A stretch of DNA of 64,000 nt from Spirochaetia bacterium (GCA_965208575.1 CBDBOV010000003.1:640001-704000), one strand, 5' to 3'. Numbered from the stretch's first letter, positions 1-9,655 are shown. The notes: generated from the sequence alone by a model not told the origin. Made by a program: numbers and translations.

Positions 1-195
1 AAGGAGTTCGCATTGCGGCCCGGCATGGAGGTAGACGCGACGGTTGATCCGCGTGACGGGAGTTTCGTGGTGCGCACCGGAGTCAAGTTGTTCGAGGAGG
101 GCGAGGTCTCACCGCGGTACCGGAAAATGGTGAACCATCTCGTGGAGGAGCGGCGAGAACTGTACGAACGCCTCGCCGGCGGCAGTGATGAATGA
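1..195 (+). CDS. AbrB/MazE-like antitoxin (5'-partial)
   Basis: Frame is open from base 1 (KEFALRPGMEVDATVDPRDGSFVVR...RRELYERLA). Stop overlaps the Doc start (ATGA). Confidence 0.6.
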   Translation, partial: KEFALRPGMEVDATVDPRDGSFVVRTGVKLFEEGEVSPRYRKMVNHLVEERRELYERLAGGSDE

Positions 196-578
196 TCGAG
201 TATCTCGGTGAGCAGCAGATTCTCCACCTCCATCGGTCGCTGCTGGCCGCCACCGGCGGAGCCGGCGGCCTGAGGGATCGGGGGATGCTGCAATCGGCGC
301 TGGCGCGGCCCGCCGCGTCCTTTGCCGGCCAGGATCTCTACGTGTCTCTGTCGGAAAAGGCGGCAGCCTTGATGCACTCGCTGGTGAGCAACCATGCGTT
401 CGTGGACGGCAATAAGAGAGTCGCAATTGCGGCGACCGAGCTGTTCCTGCTCGCCAATGGCCATCGCCTCGAGGCCGATGCCGATGCCCTGGAGCAGTTG
501 ACCCTCGCGGCGGCGGCGTCCCAAATCGGCCGCGAAGAAATCCGGATTTGGATCGAGCAGCATATCTCGCGGGAATGA
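192..578 (+). CDS. Doc (death-on-curing, Fic/Doc family) toxin
   Basis: Motif HAFVDGNKR; N-terminal GGAGGLRDRGMLQSALARP is typical of Doc; 128 aa. Confidence 0.9.
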   Translation: MIEYLGEQQILHLHRSLLAATGGAGGLRDRGMLQSALARPAASFAGQDLYVSLSEKAAALMHSLVSNHAFVDGNKRVAIAATELFLLANGHRLEADADALEQLTLAAAASQIGREEIRIWIEQHISRE

Positions 579-718
579 CGAGCAACAAAGATGCCTGATC
601 AGGGCTGGACGTGACGGCGGCGCTCGCCGTGCTGTGGGAGCCGCAGGCCGCCGCCGGGGGAGCCGGGACTCCCTGAGAGATCGGCGCCGTCGCGAAATGC
701 CTCTAAAGGGCGCGTTCC

Positions 719-983
719 GGCCGGTGTGGACTACTTGGATATGGACGCTGAGCATACAAATTTTGATATGAAAGAGCTAGTGGAGACCGTCCATTGTGCT
801 CACCTGGCTGGTATCACACCTATGGTACGCCTTCCTGCCTTGGAGCAACATTTCATCACTAGACTGCTAGATAACGGTTGTCAATGTCTGATCCTACCAA
901 GTATCAGGACCGGAGCGGAGGCCCGGCGGTTCATAGAGTTTGCCAAATTCCACCCGGAAGGAAAGCGTGCGTTTGGTGAGTGA
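719..983 (+). pseudogene. HpcH/HpaI aldolase fragment (copy 1)
   Basis: DYLDMDAEHTNFD...PMVRLP...LLDNGCQCLILP...KFHPEGKR. Truncated at both ends and near-identical to 18706-18965. Confidence 0.75.
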
Positions 984-989
984 GCACCG

Positions 990-1958
990 CTATGTGTTTA
1001 ACGCCGGGCTGTAGTACTCAGGTTTCGATCTTACTTCTTCAATAAATTCGGCCACTATCTTTTCGAAATCCGCATACACTGGCCGCCACTCCCATTCCTC
1101 ACGAGCCCGGCTATCATCGAAGTTATTGAGACTGCGGTAATAATCCATCACCCATGGGTCCGGCTTATAGGTAAATTGAGCCTCCGGAATGAACTTCTTT
1201 ATAGTCAGTTCTACCTCCCTGGCCGGTAGTGATGGGAACACCCCTACAACGTTATAGCAGACGGTCTCTATTTGCTCCTTGGGTGCATCATACAGCATTT
1301 GTGTGGCCCGCATGGCATCTTCATAGTACAGGACAGGAAGTTTGGTGTCTTCGCTGACAGGACACTCGGCCGGCCTGCCCAGGGCCGCACTTTGAATCAT
1401 CCAGGAAATATATTGCAGCTCCTTACTGATCCTGACACTGGGACCAAAGATGTTGGGGTATCGTATGCAGCGAAAGTCAAGGTCAAAGGTGTTCCGATAG
1501 TATCTGCCAATAAGCTCACCATATAGCTTCGTTACACCGTACGCGCTAGCAGGCCGTTGTAGTGTCTCATCGGTGATAGTTTCAGTAGGTATTCCCAGAC
1601 TATAGGTCATCATACTGCTGGTAAACACCACCCGCTTTACCCCGAACAGTCGCGCCGCCTCCAGGACATGCATTATTCCGGCGACATTCCCTTCACAAAC
1701 GATCCAGGGGCGTAGCGGGAAGCTAGGTATCGTGCCAAGGTGAAATACGCCTTCTACGTTGTTTTCCTTGACAACATTCAACACTTCAGGCCAGATCTTC
1801 TGGTCTCCCTGGACAACCTTTACGTTGTTCTTGATATCCGCGACGCTCTCTATTCGCGGAGCGATGTCAAACAATATGACGTCCTCGCCCCTCTCTACCA
1901 GTCTATGTGCCAGGCCAGTACCAACCCAACCTGTTCCGCCGGTAATAAGTATAGACAT
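990..1958 (-). CDS. NAD-dependent epimerase/dehydratase family extended SDR (threonine dehydrogenase-like), copy 1
   Basis: ILITGGTGWVG Rossmann motif, YGVTK catalytic motif. Start placed at MSILITGG after AGAGAAGG. GC is lower than the flanks. Confidence 0.85.
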   Translation of the reverse strand: MSILITGGTGWVGTGLAHRLVERGEDVILFDIAPRIESVADIKNNVKVVQGDQKIWPEVLNVVKENNVEGVFHLGTIPSFPLRPWIVCEGNVAGIMHVLEAARLFGVKRVVFTSSMMTYSLGIPTETITDETLQRPASAYGVTKLYGELIGRYYRNTFDLDFRCIRYPNIFGPSVRISKELQYISWMIQSAALGRPAECPVSEDTKLPVLYYEDAMRATQMLYDAPKEQIETVCYNVVGVFPSLPAREVELTIKKFIPEAQFTYKPDPWVMDYYRSLNNFDDSRAREEWEWRPVYADFEKIVAEFIEEVRSKPEYYSPALNT

Positions 1959-2040
1959 CCTTCTCTGCTTCCTTATGTGATCGTCCTCCATGTAAGGAAC
2001 AAATGTCAACCCCGCAGTACGCTTTTTCGAACGATTATGC

Positions 2041-2119
2041 GCAGCAGAAAGACGATCATGCTCAGGATCAGGAGCGTAGGGACGACCAGCAGCAACCCTC
2101 TGATGGCGTACGCTTTCAT
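2041..2119 (-). pseudogene. N-terminal stub of a DppB/OppB-like permease
   Basis: ATG AAA GCG TAC GCC ATC... = MKAYAIRGLLLVVPTLLILSMIVFLL matches the start of the permease at 28706, then breaks into low-GC DNA. Confidence 0.8.
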
Positions 2120-2159
2120 GGCAGATACCTGGCTGTGATCACGCGGCGTGCGGAGATGA

Positions 2160-2200
2160 GAGGGGAGCCGGGAAGCCTGCGCGAGGCTCCCGACTCCCTC
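2160..2200 (-). terminator. GC-rich stem-loop downstream of SBP1 (terminator or mRNA stabiliser)
   Basis: GGGAGCCGGGAAGCCT...AGGCTCCCGACTCCC. Equivalent hairpins lie at 20216-20270 and 28724-28763, with a remnant at ~657-673. Confidence 0.55.
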
Positions 2201-2211
2201 ATATGGCGTAA

Positions 2212-3981
2212 CTAGCCGCCCATTTCCCTCTTCAGCGCCTGATCGATCCAGAGGCGGGCATAGACGGCGTTCTTGTTCCAGACCCCCATGTAGAAGTCAC
2301 CGTCGAAGCCCTGCAGCCACGGCTGGGTGACGTTGAACCATGGATTCAGGCCTCCCCACATGACGATGTGGTTCTTGACGAGCCAGAAGTCTGCCTCTCT
2401 GCCGAGCCGCTGATACTCCTCCGCGGTGGCAGCCACTCTCAGTTGCTCGATCAGTGCGTCGTACTCCGGGTCACTCAGTCCGGCGATGTTATTGTCGGCG
2501 CCGGATTCAGTGTGGGGCAGCATAATGAGCGGGCGATATGGGGTCCCCTGACTCCAGGTGCTGATGCCGTCATAGTCGCCCTTGCCACCCCCGGCGTTGG
2601 CCCGAATCGTAGGCCAGTCCATTTGCCGGATCTCAACCTCGACCCCGATCTCGGCAAGGTAGCCTTGGACGATCTCACGATGCCCGACACTGGTGGGGTT
2701 GGCGATGATGTCGCTGATCGTGAATCGGACGCCGTCGGCGCCGCGCGGATACCCGGCCTCGTCGAGGAGCTTCTCGGCAGCTTCCGGGTCGTACCGGTAG
2801 TACTGCCTGACCTCCTCGGGCCACTCCGCATACGGGATCGCAAATCCGGTGAACGGCTGTAACGAGCCCATGGGTTCGGGCCGCATCCAACCCTTGTAGT
2901 AGGTGTTGTTGATCGTTTCGAGGTCGACCGCCATCTGTATGGCGTGGCGCACGCGGATGTCGTCGAAGGGAGGCTTGGTCACGTTGAAGGCAGCGCTCTC
3001 CCCGGCCCGAAAATAGTACGCGTTCACCCTCAGCTCTGGGTTGGTCCGCTGCAGGCTGTCGATCGGGTCCACCGTAAAGAACTGACCGTGGCCGTTGTGC
3101 GCAAGGTAGTCGATCTGGCCGGTGCGCATGGCCGATACGCGCGTCGCCTGGTCTGGCATGATCAGTCTGACCAGCTCGTCGACGTAGGGCAGGCGGTTAT
3201 CGGGGTATTTCTCGTCGTGGCCCCAGTAGTCGGGGTTCTTGACCCAGGTGATGGAGCTGCCGTCGACCCAGTCCGTCAGCATGAAGGGACCGGTACCGAC
3301 CAGGTTCCGCCAGTCGGCGACGTCGCCGTGCTGCTCGATCGCCTCGGGGGCGTTTACGAACCCGATATTGTCGTCGATCAGCACCAACAGCGCATCAAGG
3401 GGTGGATCTACCAGCTTGACCTCGACCGTATATCTGTCGGTGGCGGTGACCGATTCCCATGACATCGCGGGGTATCGGGTGTTCTGGTCGCTGGTGCGCC
3501 AGCGCGCGATGTTGTACACCACGTCCTCGGCGGTCAGCTCGCGACCGTTCATCGGTGCCTTGTCATGCCAGCGAACGCCCTGGCGGATGTGGAAGATATA
3601 GGTCGTCGGATCGGGGATGTCCCAGCTTTCGGCCAGAGCCGGGGCAAATTGGTCTTCGAGCAGGAACTCGTTGGCGAGATTGTTCACGCTCCGGTCGATT
3701 CCCCAGTTCGCGATGCCGAGCTTCTCGACCACGCCGCTGGCTGCGGATCCCGCCCCTATGCCACCGATCATCGCGTCGGAATTCGGCGGCTCCCACGAGG
3801 CGCCGTAGGTCAGCGTCCCACCATACTCCGGCGCCGTGTACACCTTGCCGTTGGTGGGGTCGGTGACGTACCTCTTCTCGGCGGCGGCTGCCGCGCCGGC
3901 GCTGTCGCTCTCGCCGGCGGCGAACGAAACGGTGGCCGCCAGCGCGAACGCCAGTGCCATCGATACGAATCTGGAAACCAT
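2212..3981 (-). CDS. Family-5 (Opp/Dpp/Nik-type) ABC substrate-binding protein, paralogue SBP1 (589 aa)
   Basis: RBS AGAGGAGG before ATG; signal peptide; motifs PEYGGTL, LAESW, FHIRQGVRWH, GTGPF, KPPFDDIRVR. Confidence 0.92.
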   Translation of the reverse strand: MVSRFVSMALAFALAATVSFAAGESDSAGAAAAAEKRYVTDPTNGKVYTAPEYGGTLTYGASWEPPNSDAMIGGIGAGSAASGVVEKLGIANWGIDRSVNNLANEFLLEDQFAPALAESWDIPDPTTYIFHIRQGVRWHDKAPMNGRELTAEDVVYNIARWRTSDQNTRYPAMSWESVTATDRYTVEVKLVDPPLDALLVLIDDNIGFVNAPEAIEQHGDVADWRNLVGTGPFMLTDWVDGSSITWVKNPDYWGHDEKYPDNRLPYVDELVRLIMPDQATRVSAMRTGQIDYLAHNGHGQFFTVDPIDSLQRTNPELRVNAYYFRAGESAAFNVTKPPFDDIRVRHAIQMAVDLETINNTYYKGWMRPEPMGSLQPFTGFAIPYAEWPEEVRQYYRYDPEAAEKLLDEAGYPRGADGVRFTISDIIANPTSVGHREIVQGYLAEIGVEVEIRQMDWPTIRANAGGGKGDYDGISTWSQGTPYRPLIMLPHTESGADNNIAGLSDPEYDALIEQLRVAATAEEYQRLGREADFWLVKNHIVMWGGLNPWFNVTQPWLQGFDGDFYMGVWNKNAVYARLWIDQALKREMGG

Positions 3982-4222
3982 GCTGGTTCCTCCTCTCGGG
4001 TCGCCATGCGGCGACCTGCTTGTGCGCTTGCTGCCGGCAACGCCGGCCGGTGTGGCTGGTGGATGGGGGAGATGAAAGAGATGCGGGTGGCTGGCCGAGG
4101 CAGTGAAACGGTGGATGTGCGGACGTATGGCCGCCGCCGCTACGCTGATCGACGGTGCCGCGGTCAGCACCACCCCGCGCGCTCGGTCGTCGCGTGCTTG
4201 GCTCGGGCAGTTAGCGGCGCGC

Positions 4223-4238
4223 GGTAGTCGGGTAGTCG
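4223..4238. repeat. (GGTAGTCG)x2 in the SBP1 leader
   Basis: Read directly; same unit as at 9656 and 22311. Confidence 0.8.
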
Positions 4239-4278
4239 GCGGGTGGGCTGGGTCATGTCGTCACCCATTACCCGTGCC

Positions 4279-4307
4279 AGTATAGACGGCCCGCCCGGGT
4301 AGTGCAA
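4279..4307 (-). promoter_or_regulatory. sigma70 promoter of SBP1
   Basis: Minus strand TTGCAC-17 bp-TATACT, conserved upstream of all four paralogues. Confidence 0.8.
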
Positions 4308-4329
4308 TGACAGGCGTGTAGCCGCGAGC

Positions 4330-4358
4330 TTGATCGGTCGCATGCAGATTATTACAAT
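4330..4358 (+). promoter_or_regulatory. sigma70 promoter of the PIN/UPF0175 pair (probably leaderless)
   Basis: TTGATC-17 bp-TACAAT, 8 nt before GTG 4367. Confidence 0.6.
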
Positions 4359-4366
4359 AGAATACA

Positions 4367-4837
4367 GTGAAGATCGTCATGGATGCTGACTGCCTCATCA
4401 AGCTGACCAAGGCCGACTTGAAAGAACAGGTGTGCGCCGGGTGGAGCATTACGATTCCAGAGTTGGTGAGACGCGAAACGGTCGAGCGGGCTCCCCAGCT
4501 TCCCGACGCGGTACGCATCCGCGAGAACGTCGAGAAGAGGCGTATCGCGGTACGAGACGTTGCAGGCCCACAGGGTGACGGAGAAGATGCGGCACTGTTC
4601 CTGTTCCGGGAAGGCGGCTTCGACCTGATTGCGAGTGACGATGCGCGGTTCATCCGCCGACTGCGCGGACTTGGTGTGCCGTTCGCGGTCCCGGCGGTAA
4701 TCGCGGTGTTGCTCTGCCGTGACGGCGCGCTGACGGCAGATCAAGCGCGGGAGGCTCTCGAAGCCTTGCGTCCCCATATCAGCGCCGATCAGTATGCCGC
4801 TGCACAGCTCTTGGTTTCGGGAGGCGTGGTGAGGTGA
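4367..4837 (+). CDS. PIN-like (DUF3368-type) putative toxin
   Basis: Acidic PIN pattern IVMDADCLI...GEDAAL...IASDDARF. Confidence 0.7.
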   Translation: MKIVMDADCLIKLTKADLKEQVCAGWSITIPELVRRETVERAPQLPDAVRIRENVEKRRIAVRDVAGPQGDGEDAALFLFREGGFDLIASDDARFIRRLRGLGVPFAVPAVIAVLLCRDGALTADQAREALEALRPHISADQYAAAQLLVSGGVVR

Positions 4838-5136
4838 TCACGAAATCGTTGCGGTTGTCGGACTCCCTGGTGAGCGCGGTACGGGAAATCGGACGTGCCG
4901 AACAGATCGAGGAATCGGCGGCGATGCGGAAGCTCCTGCACATGGGCTACGGGCTCTATCTGGCCGAGCAGTACCGGGCGGGACGACGCACGCTGCGTGA
5001 CGTGGCGGACCGCCTGGACCTGTCGCTGAGCGAGACGCTCGACACGCTGCAGCGTCTCGGCATCACCGGCAACACCGGCGCCGATGATACGCTCGCATCC
5101 TTCCGTTCCACGTCGAAGCCAACTGGCCGTCAGTGA
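4834..5136 (+). CDS. UPF0175-like HTH protein, putative antitoxin
   Basis: YRAGRRTLRDVADRLDLSLSETLDTLQRLGI; coupled to the upstream gene by GTGA overlap. Confidence 0.65.
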   Translation: MITKSLRLSDSLVSAVREIGRAEQIEESAAMRKLLHMGYGLYLAEQYRAGRRTLRDVADRLDLSLSETLDTLQRLGITGNTGADDTLASFRSTSKPTGRQ

Positions 5137-5387
5137 GGCACGTAGGCTACCTCGGCCCGTCCGAGTTGTCGGATTGGCGGGTTAGCGGCAGTTCCGACAG
5201 GACTCCGTACGGTAGGCGGGGCTGGGCCGAAAGCGACGCCGAGAGGCGGCGGTTTCGGGGCCCTGACCCGAGGGCTAACCGGCGAGCAGACGCTGCATCA
5301 ACTCCGGCAGATTCAGGAATCGTGTACTGGTCCCGCCATAGTCGCGGACGTAGGATCTTTCGGTGTCGGCGGTCACGACGAAGTTGG

Positions 5388-5476
5388 CACTCATAGCGGA
5401 TTCTCGGATCGAGGAACCCATACGTCAGGTCGATGAGCACGTTCCCCACCACGACGAAGCTGCCAAACAGCAGGTT
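5388..5476 (-). pseudogene. C-terminal scrap of DppB permease
   Basis: NLLFGSFVVVGNVLIDLTYGFLDPRIRYE; nucleotide match to 27751-27839. Confidence 0.85.
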
Positions 5477-5497
5477 CTTCCGGCCCAACCGGCCTGC

Positions 5498-5530
5498 CTA
5501 GGAACCTGTCGGAATCCGACAGCCTCCTAG
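5498..5530. repeat. Palindrome resembling two fused IS/MITE ends bounded by CTAG
   Basis: CTAGGAACCTGTCGGA-A-TCCGACAGCCTCCTAG. Confidence 0.6.
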
Positions 5531-7604
5531 CGTGAGTTTCCTAGTTATTTCGGGTGGCTGGTAGTTTGAGTGGATAAGTCATTTTAGGATAGCAAGTTAC
5601 TCGCTATCCTGTCGGACGGGGCTTGTATACACTGACCGTGGTGCTGTCAGGGATGGGCGTGTCGGTATACGTCAAGTAGGCGGCACAGTTTGTCTTGCAG
5701 GGACGACCGTTCAGAGAGCACGTATTGAGCCCGGTAGCGCCCTCTGGTGGCCGGCTCAGGCGCGGCGTAGAGGTTGACCACTTCGGTCACGCCGCTGAGT
5801 TCCGTCAGTAGTTGCTCGATGGTAAGGAGTTGTCCGCCGTCGGCCGCCTTGCGTTGCAGCAGCGAACTCAGCAGCAGTGCCAACACACAATAGAACACGT
5901 GTACGCGCAGCTTCTGATCGGTCCAGTGGAAGGTCGGCGAGAAGCTCACCCAGTGGGGATTCTTCATCTGCTTGAACGCCCGCTCCACGTGATGTTGAGC
6001 GCGGCTGGCCAAGATGATCTCCTGGTCGCTCCACGACTCGTTGTCGGTGCACAGGATGCGTTTGCCCAAGCGCCGGCGTTGCAAGCGCTGGTACGCTGCC
6101 CAATCGGTGCGAAATCGAAAACTGAGCACGCCGTCGGATTCGCTGATCTGAACCTTGAGAATCTGCTTTACGTACTGACCCGAGGTGATCGTGTCGAAAT
6201 GCTTCTGCAAGGATGCTCTGCTGTAGCCTTTGCCCTTTGCTCCCGGTAGCTGGCTGCGCGCCAGCTTGCTGCGCAAGGCGCGCAACGCAGCGCGCTTCTT
6301 GCGCAACGCGTGGTTGATCCCAGCCAGCTGCCCGTCCAGCAACCGGCGACTGTTGGTGACCACCACGGTGCGGCGCTCACCCCAGATCACCTTGTCGCTG
6401 CGGTAAGCGGTCACCCCGGCCAGCCGTGGGTCAGTGAAGGAGTGAAACCTGCCGGCGGGAACCGCCAGCAGATCCTCGTGCTGAGTCACGGTCAAGGAGG
6501 TGACGAAATGGTATGGGCCGGCTTGCAGCGCCTCGATATTCGCTCTCGAGGTGTTGCCGCCATCGAACACCAGCGTGACATCTTCGCAGTCCTGGGCCAA
6601 CTGCTTGCAGCGGCTGATCAGCGTCTCGATCAAGCTCGAGAACATCGCGGCGTCATTCTGATTTCCCGGATACGGGTGTGAGAGCAGCGGAATGTGGTAG
6701 TCGCAGCTTACCAGGAGTGCCAAGCCCAGGATCCGCAGATCGGCGCGTTTGCTTTTCGCGTGGCCACGTTGTGCCAGTGCACTGACGGTGCGACTGTCGA
6801 TGAACGTATCGAAGTTGGTCGCATCGAAGATGAGCGGTCGCAGATCGATCCGGTAGTGGTCGATCACCCGCTGCGCCAGTTGTTGCTCAATCGCGCCGAT
6901 GGCAGCGCTGTCGAGCATGTTCATGTGATCCCAGAATCGCTGACTGGCGAGCGAGCGCTGTGCAGCGGGGAGCAGCCGATTCAACACCGTGCGTCGATAC
7001 CACTGGTACAGAGAAGCCTTGCTGGAGGCGGCCACACAACGGTTCAGCGCCGCCACCAGCAGATACTGTCCGCAGGACAGTCCTTGGTCTCGCTTGGGGA
7101 CCTGGGTATCGATAAGGCCCACCACATCCAACTCTTGGGCGATCTGCCAGAGCGCGGCCAACGCACCGAACTGAATGACCTTCGCCTTTGCCGGTCGGGT
7201 GGGAGCCTCACGGAGGCGCTGGAGCAACTTCTCTGCGCTGCCGAGATGTTCGAGGACGATGGGACGTGGTTTGCCGTTGACGCGTCTGGACTCGACGATC
7301 TGCCAGTAGGTGTGCCCGCGGGAGACCTTTTTCTGGAGGGTGGCCACTGCAATCAGTGTATACACTTAGTACGGAGACAGTCAAGGAGAACCGGCATGAG
7401 TGGGTCGGAAGGATCGAAGAGGGGATACTTCGAGTAGTATTGAGGAAGCTGTCCGGCACGGCGCTCGATATATTCAGTGTATACACTGATCCTCTCAAGA
7501 GGAGAGTCCACTTCCGTGAACCTATCTTGTTTCATGGTAACAACTTATCTGGATGAACCAGAGAATCCCGCGGTCAAATCAACGGGATAAGTAGGAAGGT
7601 CAGG
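5531..7604 (-). mobile_element. IS1634-family insertion sequence
   Basis: Imperfect 22-bp terminal inverted repeats (CGTGAGTTTCCTAGTTATTTCG vs CCTGACCTTCCTACTTATCCCG, 16/22). CTAG direct repeats at 5527-5530 and 7605-7608. Confidence 0.75.
5647..7347 (-). CDS. IS1634-family DDE transposase
   Basis: KKVSRGHTYWQIVESRRVNGKPR N-terminus; FDATNF, GHAKSKRADLR, VFDGG, VERAFKQMK, HVFYCVLAL. Start GTG 7347 (alternative 7365). Confidence 0.88.
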   Translation of the reverse strand: MATLQKKVSRGHTYWQIVESRRVNGKPRPIVLEHLGSAEKLLQRLREAPTRPAKAKVIQFGALAALWQIAQELDVVGLIDTQVPKRDQGLSCGQYLLVAALNRCVAASSKASLYQWYRRTVLNRLLPAAQRSLASQRFWDHMNMLDSAAIGAIEQQLAQRVIDHYRIDLRPLIFDATNFDTFIDSRTVSALAQRGHAKSKRADLRILGLALLVSCDYHIPLLSHPYPGNQNDAAMFSSLIETLISRCKQLAQDCEDVTLVFDGGNTSRANIEALQAGPYHFVTSLTVTQHEDLLAVPAGRFHSFTDPRLAGVTAYRSDKVIWGERRTVVVTNSRRLLDGQLAGINHALRKKRAALRALRSKLARSQLPGAKGKGYSRASLQKHFDTITSGQYVKQILKVQISESDGVLSFRFRTDWAAYQRLQRRRLGKRILCTDNESWSDQEIILASRAQHHVERAFKQMKNPHWVSFSPTFHWTDQKLRVHVFYCVLALLLSSLLQRKAADGGQLLTIEQLLTELSGVTEVVNLYAAPEPATRGRYRAQYVLSERSSLQDKLCRLLDVYRHAHP

Positions 7605-7634
7605 CTAGGTCACGATTGACTAGCGATACCTGAG

Positions 7635-9404
7635 CTAGCCGCCCATTTCCCTCTTTAGCGCCTGATCGATCCAGAGGCGGGCATAGACGGCGTTCTTGTT
7701 CCGGGTCCCCATGTAGAAGTCACCGTCGAAACCCTGCAGCCACGGCTGGGTGACGTTGAACCATGGATTCAGGCCTCCCCACATGAAGATGTGGTTCTTG
7801 ACGAGCCAGAAATCTGCCTCTCTCGCGAGCCGCTGATACTCCTCCGCGGTGGCAGCCACTTTCAGTGCCTCGAACAGCGCGTCGTACTCCGGGTCACTGA
7901 GTCCTGGGGCGTTGTTCGGGTGGCCCGACGACGTGGCGTTCAGAATTACCAGAGGGCGATACGGGACGCCCTGACCCCAGGTGGTGATGCCGTCATACTC
8001 GCCCTTGCCACCCTTGAAGTTGGCGCTCATCGTAGACCAGTCCTGTTGCCGGATCTCGACCTGGACCCCGATCTTGGCAAGGTAGCCCTGGACGATCTCA
8101 TGATGCCCGATGCTCTGGGGGTTGCTAAAGATGTCGCTGATCGTGAATCGGATGCCGTCGGCGCCGCGCGGATACCCGGCCTCGTCGAGGAGCTTCTCGG
8201 CAGCTTCCGGGTCGTACCGGTAGTACTGCCTGACCTCCTCGGGCCACTCAGCAAACGGAATCGCAAATCCGGTGGCGGGCTGTTGCGTCCCCATGGGTTC
8301 GGGCCGCATCCAACCCTTGTAGTAGGTAGTGTTGATGGATTCGAGGTCGACCGCCATCTGTATTGCGTGGCGCACGCGGATGTCGTCGAAGGGTGGCTTG
8401 GTCACGTTGAAGGCAGCGCTCTCCCCCGCCCGAAAATAGTACGCGTTCACCCTCAGCTCGGGGTTGCTCCGCTGCAGGCTGTCGATCGGGTCCACCGTCT
8501 GAAAGTATCCGTCGCTGTTGTGACCAAGGTAGTCGATCTGGCCAGTACGCATGGCCGAGATGCGTGTCGCTTGGTCAGGCATGATCAGTCTGACCAGCTC
8601 GTCGATGTAGGGCAGGCGGTTCTCGGGGTACTTCTCGTCGTGGCCCCAGTAGTCGGGATTCTTGACCCAGGTGATGGCGCTGCCGTCGACCCAGTCCGTC
8701 AACATGAAGGGACCGGTACCGACCAGGTTCCTCCAGTCGGCGACGTCGCCGTGCTGCTCGATCACCTCAGGGGCGTTTACGAACCCCAAACCGTCCTCGA
8801 TCAGCACCAACAGCGCATCGAGGGGTGGATCGACCAGCTTGACCTCGACCGTGTATCTGTCGGTGGCGGTGACCGATTCCCATGTCATCGCGGGGTATCG
8901 GGTGTTCTTGTCGCTGGTGCGCCAGCGCGCGATGTTGTACACCACGTCCTCGGCCGTGAGCTCGCGGCCGTTCATCGGTGCCTTGTTGTGCCAGCGAACG
9001 CCCTGACGGATGTGGAAGATATAGGTCGTCGGATTGGGGATGTCCCAGCTTTCGGCCAGAGCCCCGGTAAAGTGGTCGGCGAGCAGGATTTCGTTCGCGA
9101 GGTCGTTCACGCTCCGATCTATGCCCCAGTTGGCGATGCCGAGCTTCTCGACCACGCCGCTGGCGGCAGCTCCTGCGGTGATACCACCGACAATCGCGTC
9201 GGAGTTCGGAGGCTCCGAACTGGAGCCGTAGGTCAACGTCCCACCATACTCCGGCGCCGTGTACACCTTGCCGTTGGTGGGGTCGGTGACGTACTTCTTG
9301 TCGGCGGCGGCTGCCGCGCCGGCGCTGTCGCTTTCGCCGGCGGCGAACGAAACGGTGGCCGCCAGCGCGAACGCCAGTGCCATCGATACGAATCTGGAAA
9401 CCAT
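7635..9404 (-). CDS. Family-5 ABC SBP, paralogue SBP2 (589 aa)
   Basis: Same RBS, length and motifs as SBP1. Confidence 0.92.
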   Translation of the reverse strand: MVSRFVSMALAFALAATVSFAAGESDSAGAAAAADKKYVTDPTNGKVYTAPEYGGTLTYGSSSEPPNSDAIVGGITAGAAASGVVEKLGIANWGIDRSVNDLANEILLADHFTGALAESWDIPNPTTYIFHIRQGVRWHNKAPMNGRELTAEDVVYNIARWRTSDKNTRYPAMTWESVTATDRYTVEVKLVDPPLDALLVLIEDGLGFVNAPEVIEQHGDVADWRNLVGTGPFMLTDWVDGSAITWVKNPDYWGHDEKYPENRLPYIDELVRLIMPDQATRISAMRTGQIDYLGHNSDGYFQTVDPIDSLQRSNPELRVNAYYFRAGESAAFNVTKPPFDDIRVRHAIQMAVDLESINTTYYKGWMRPEPMGTQQPATGFAIPFAEWPEEVRQYYRYDPEAAEKLLDEAGYPRGADGIRFTISDIFSNPQSIGHHEIVQGYLAKIGVQVEIRQQDWSTMSANFKGGKGEYDGITTWGQGVPYRPLVILNATSSGHPNNAPGLSDPEYDALFEALKVAATAEEYQRLAREADFWLVKNHIFMWGGLNPWFNVTQPWLQGFDGDFYMGTRNKNAVYARLWIDQALKREMGG

Positions 9405-9655
9405 AGTGGTTCCTCCTCTCGGGTCACCATGGGGCGACCCACTTGTGCGCTTGTTGCCGGCAACGCCGGCCGGTGTGGCGGGTGGATTGGGGAGATGAAA
9501 GAGATGCGGGTCGCTGGCCGAGGCAGTGGAACGGTGGATGCGCGGACCTGTGGCCGCCGCCGCTCGGCGGATCGATGGTACCGCGGTCAACACCGCGCCG
9601 CGCACTCGGCCGTCGCGTGGTTGGCTCGGGCAGTTAGTTATAGTTAGCGGCGCGC

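Noticed and set aside
3982-4173. His/Pro-rich N-terminal extensions of the SBPs in the ORF track (653-689 aa)
   Set aside because: A strong RBS and the signal peptide begin at MVSRF. The extension is treated as leader sequence, although it is open in all four copies.
7791-9647. Long antisense or alternate-frame ORFs (also 9976-11574, 13781-15547, 42555-44753, 42851-44818, 49165-50874)
   Set aside because: These are shadows of real genes in high-GC DNA, Arg/Ala/Gly-rich and without recognisable motifs.
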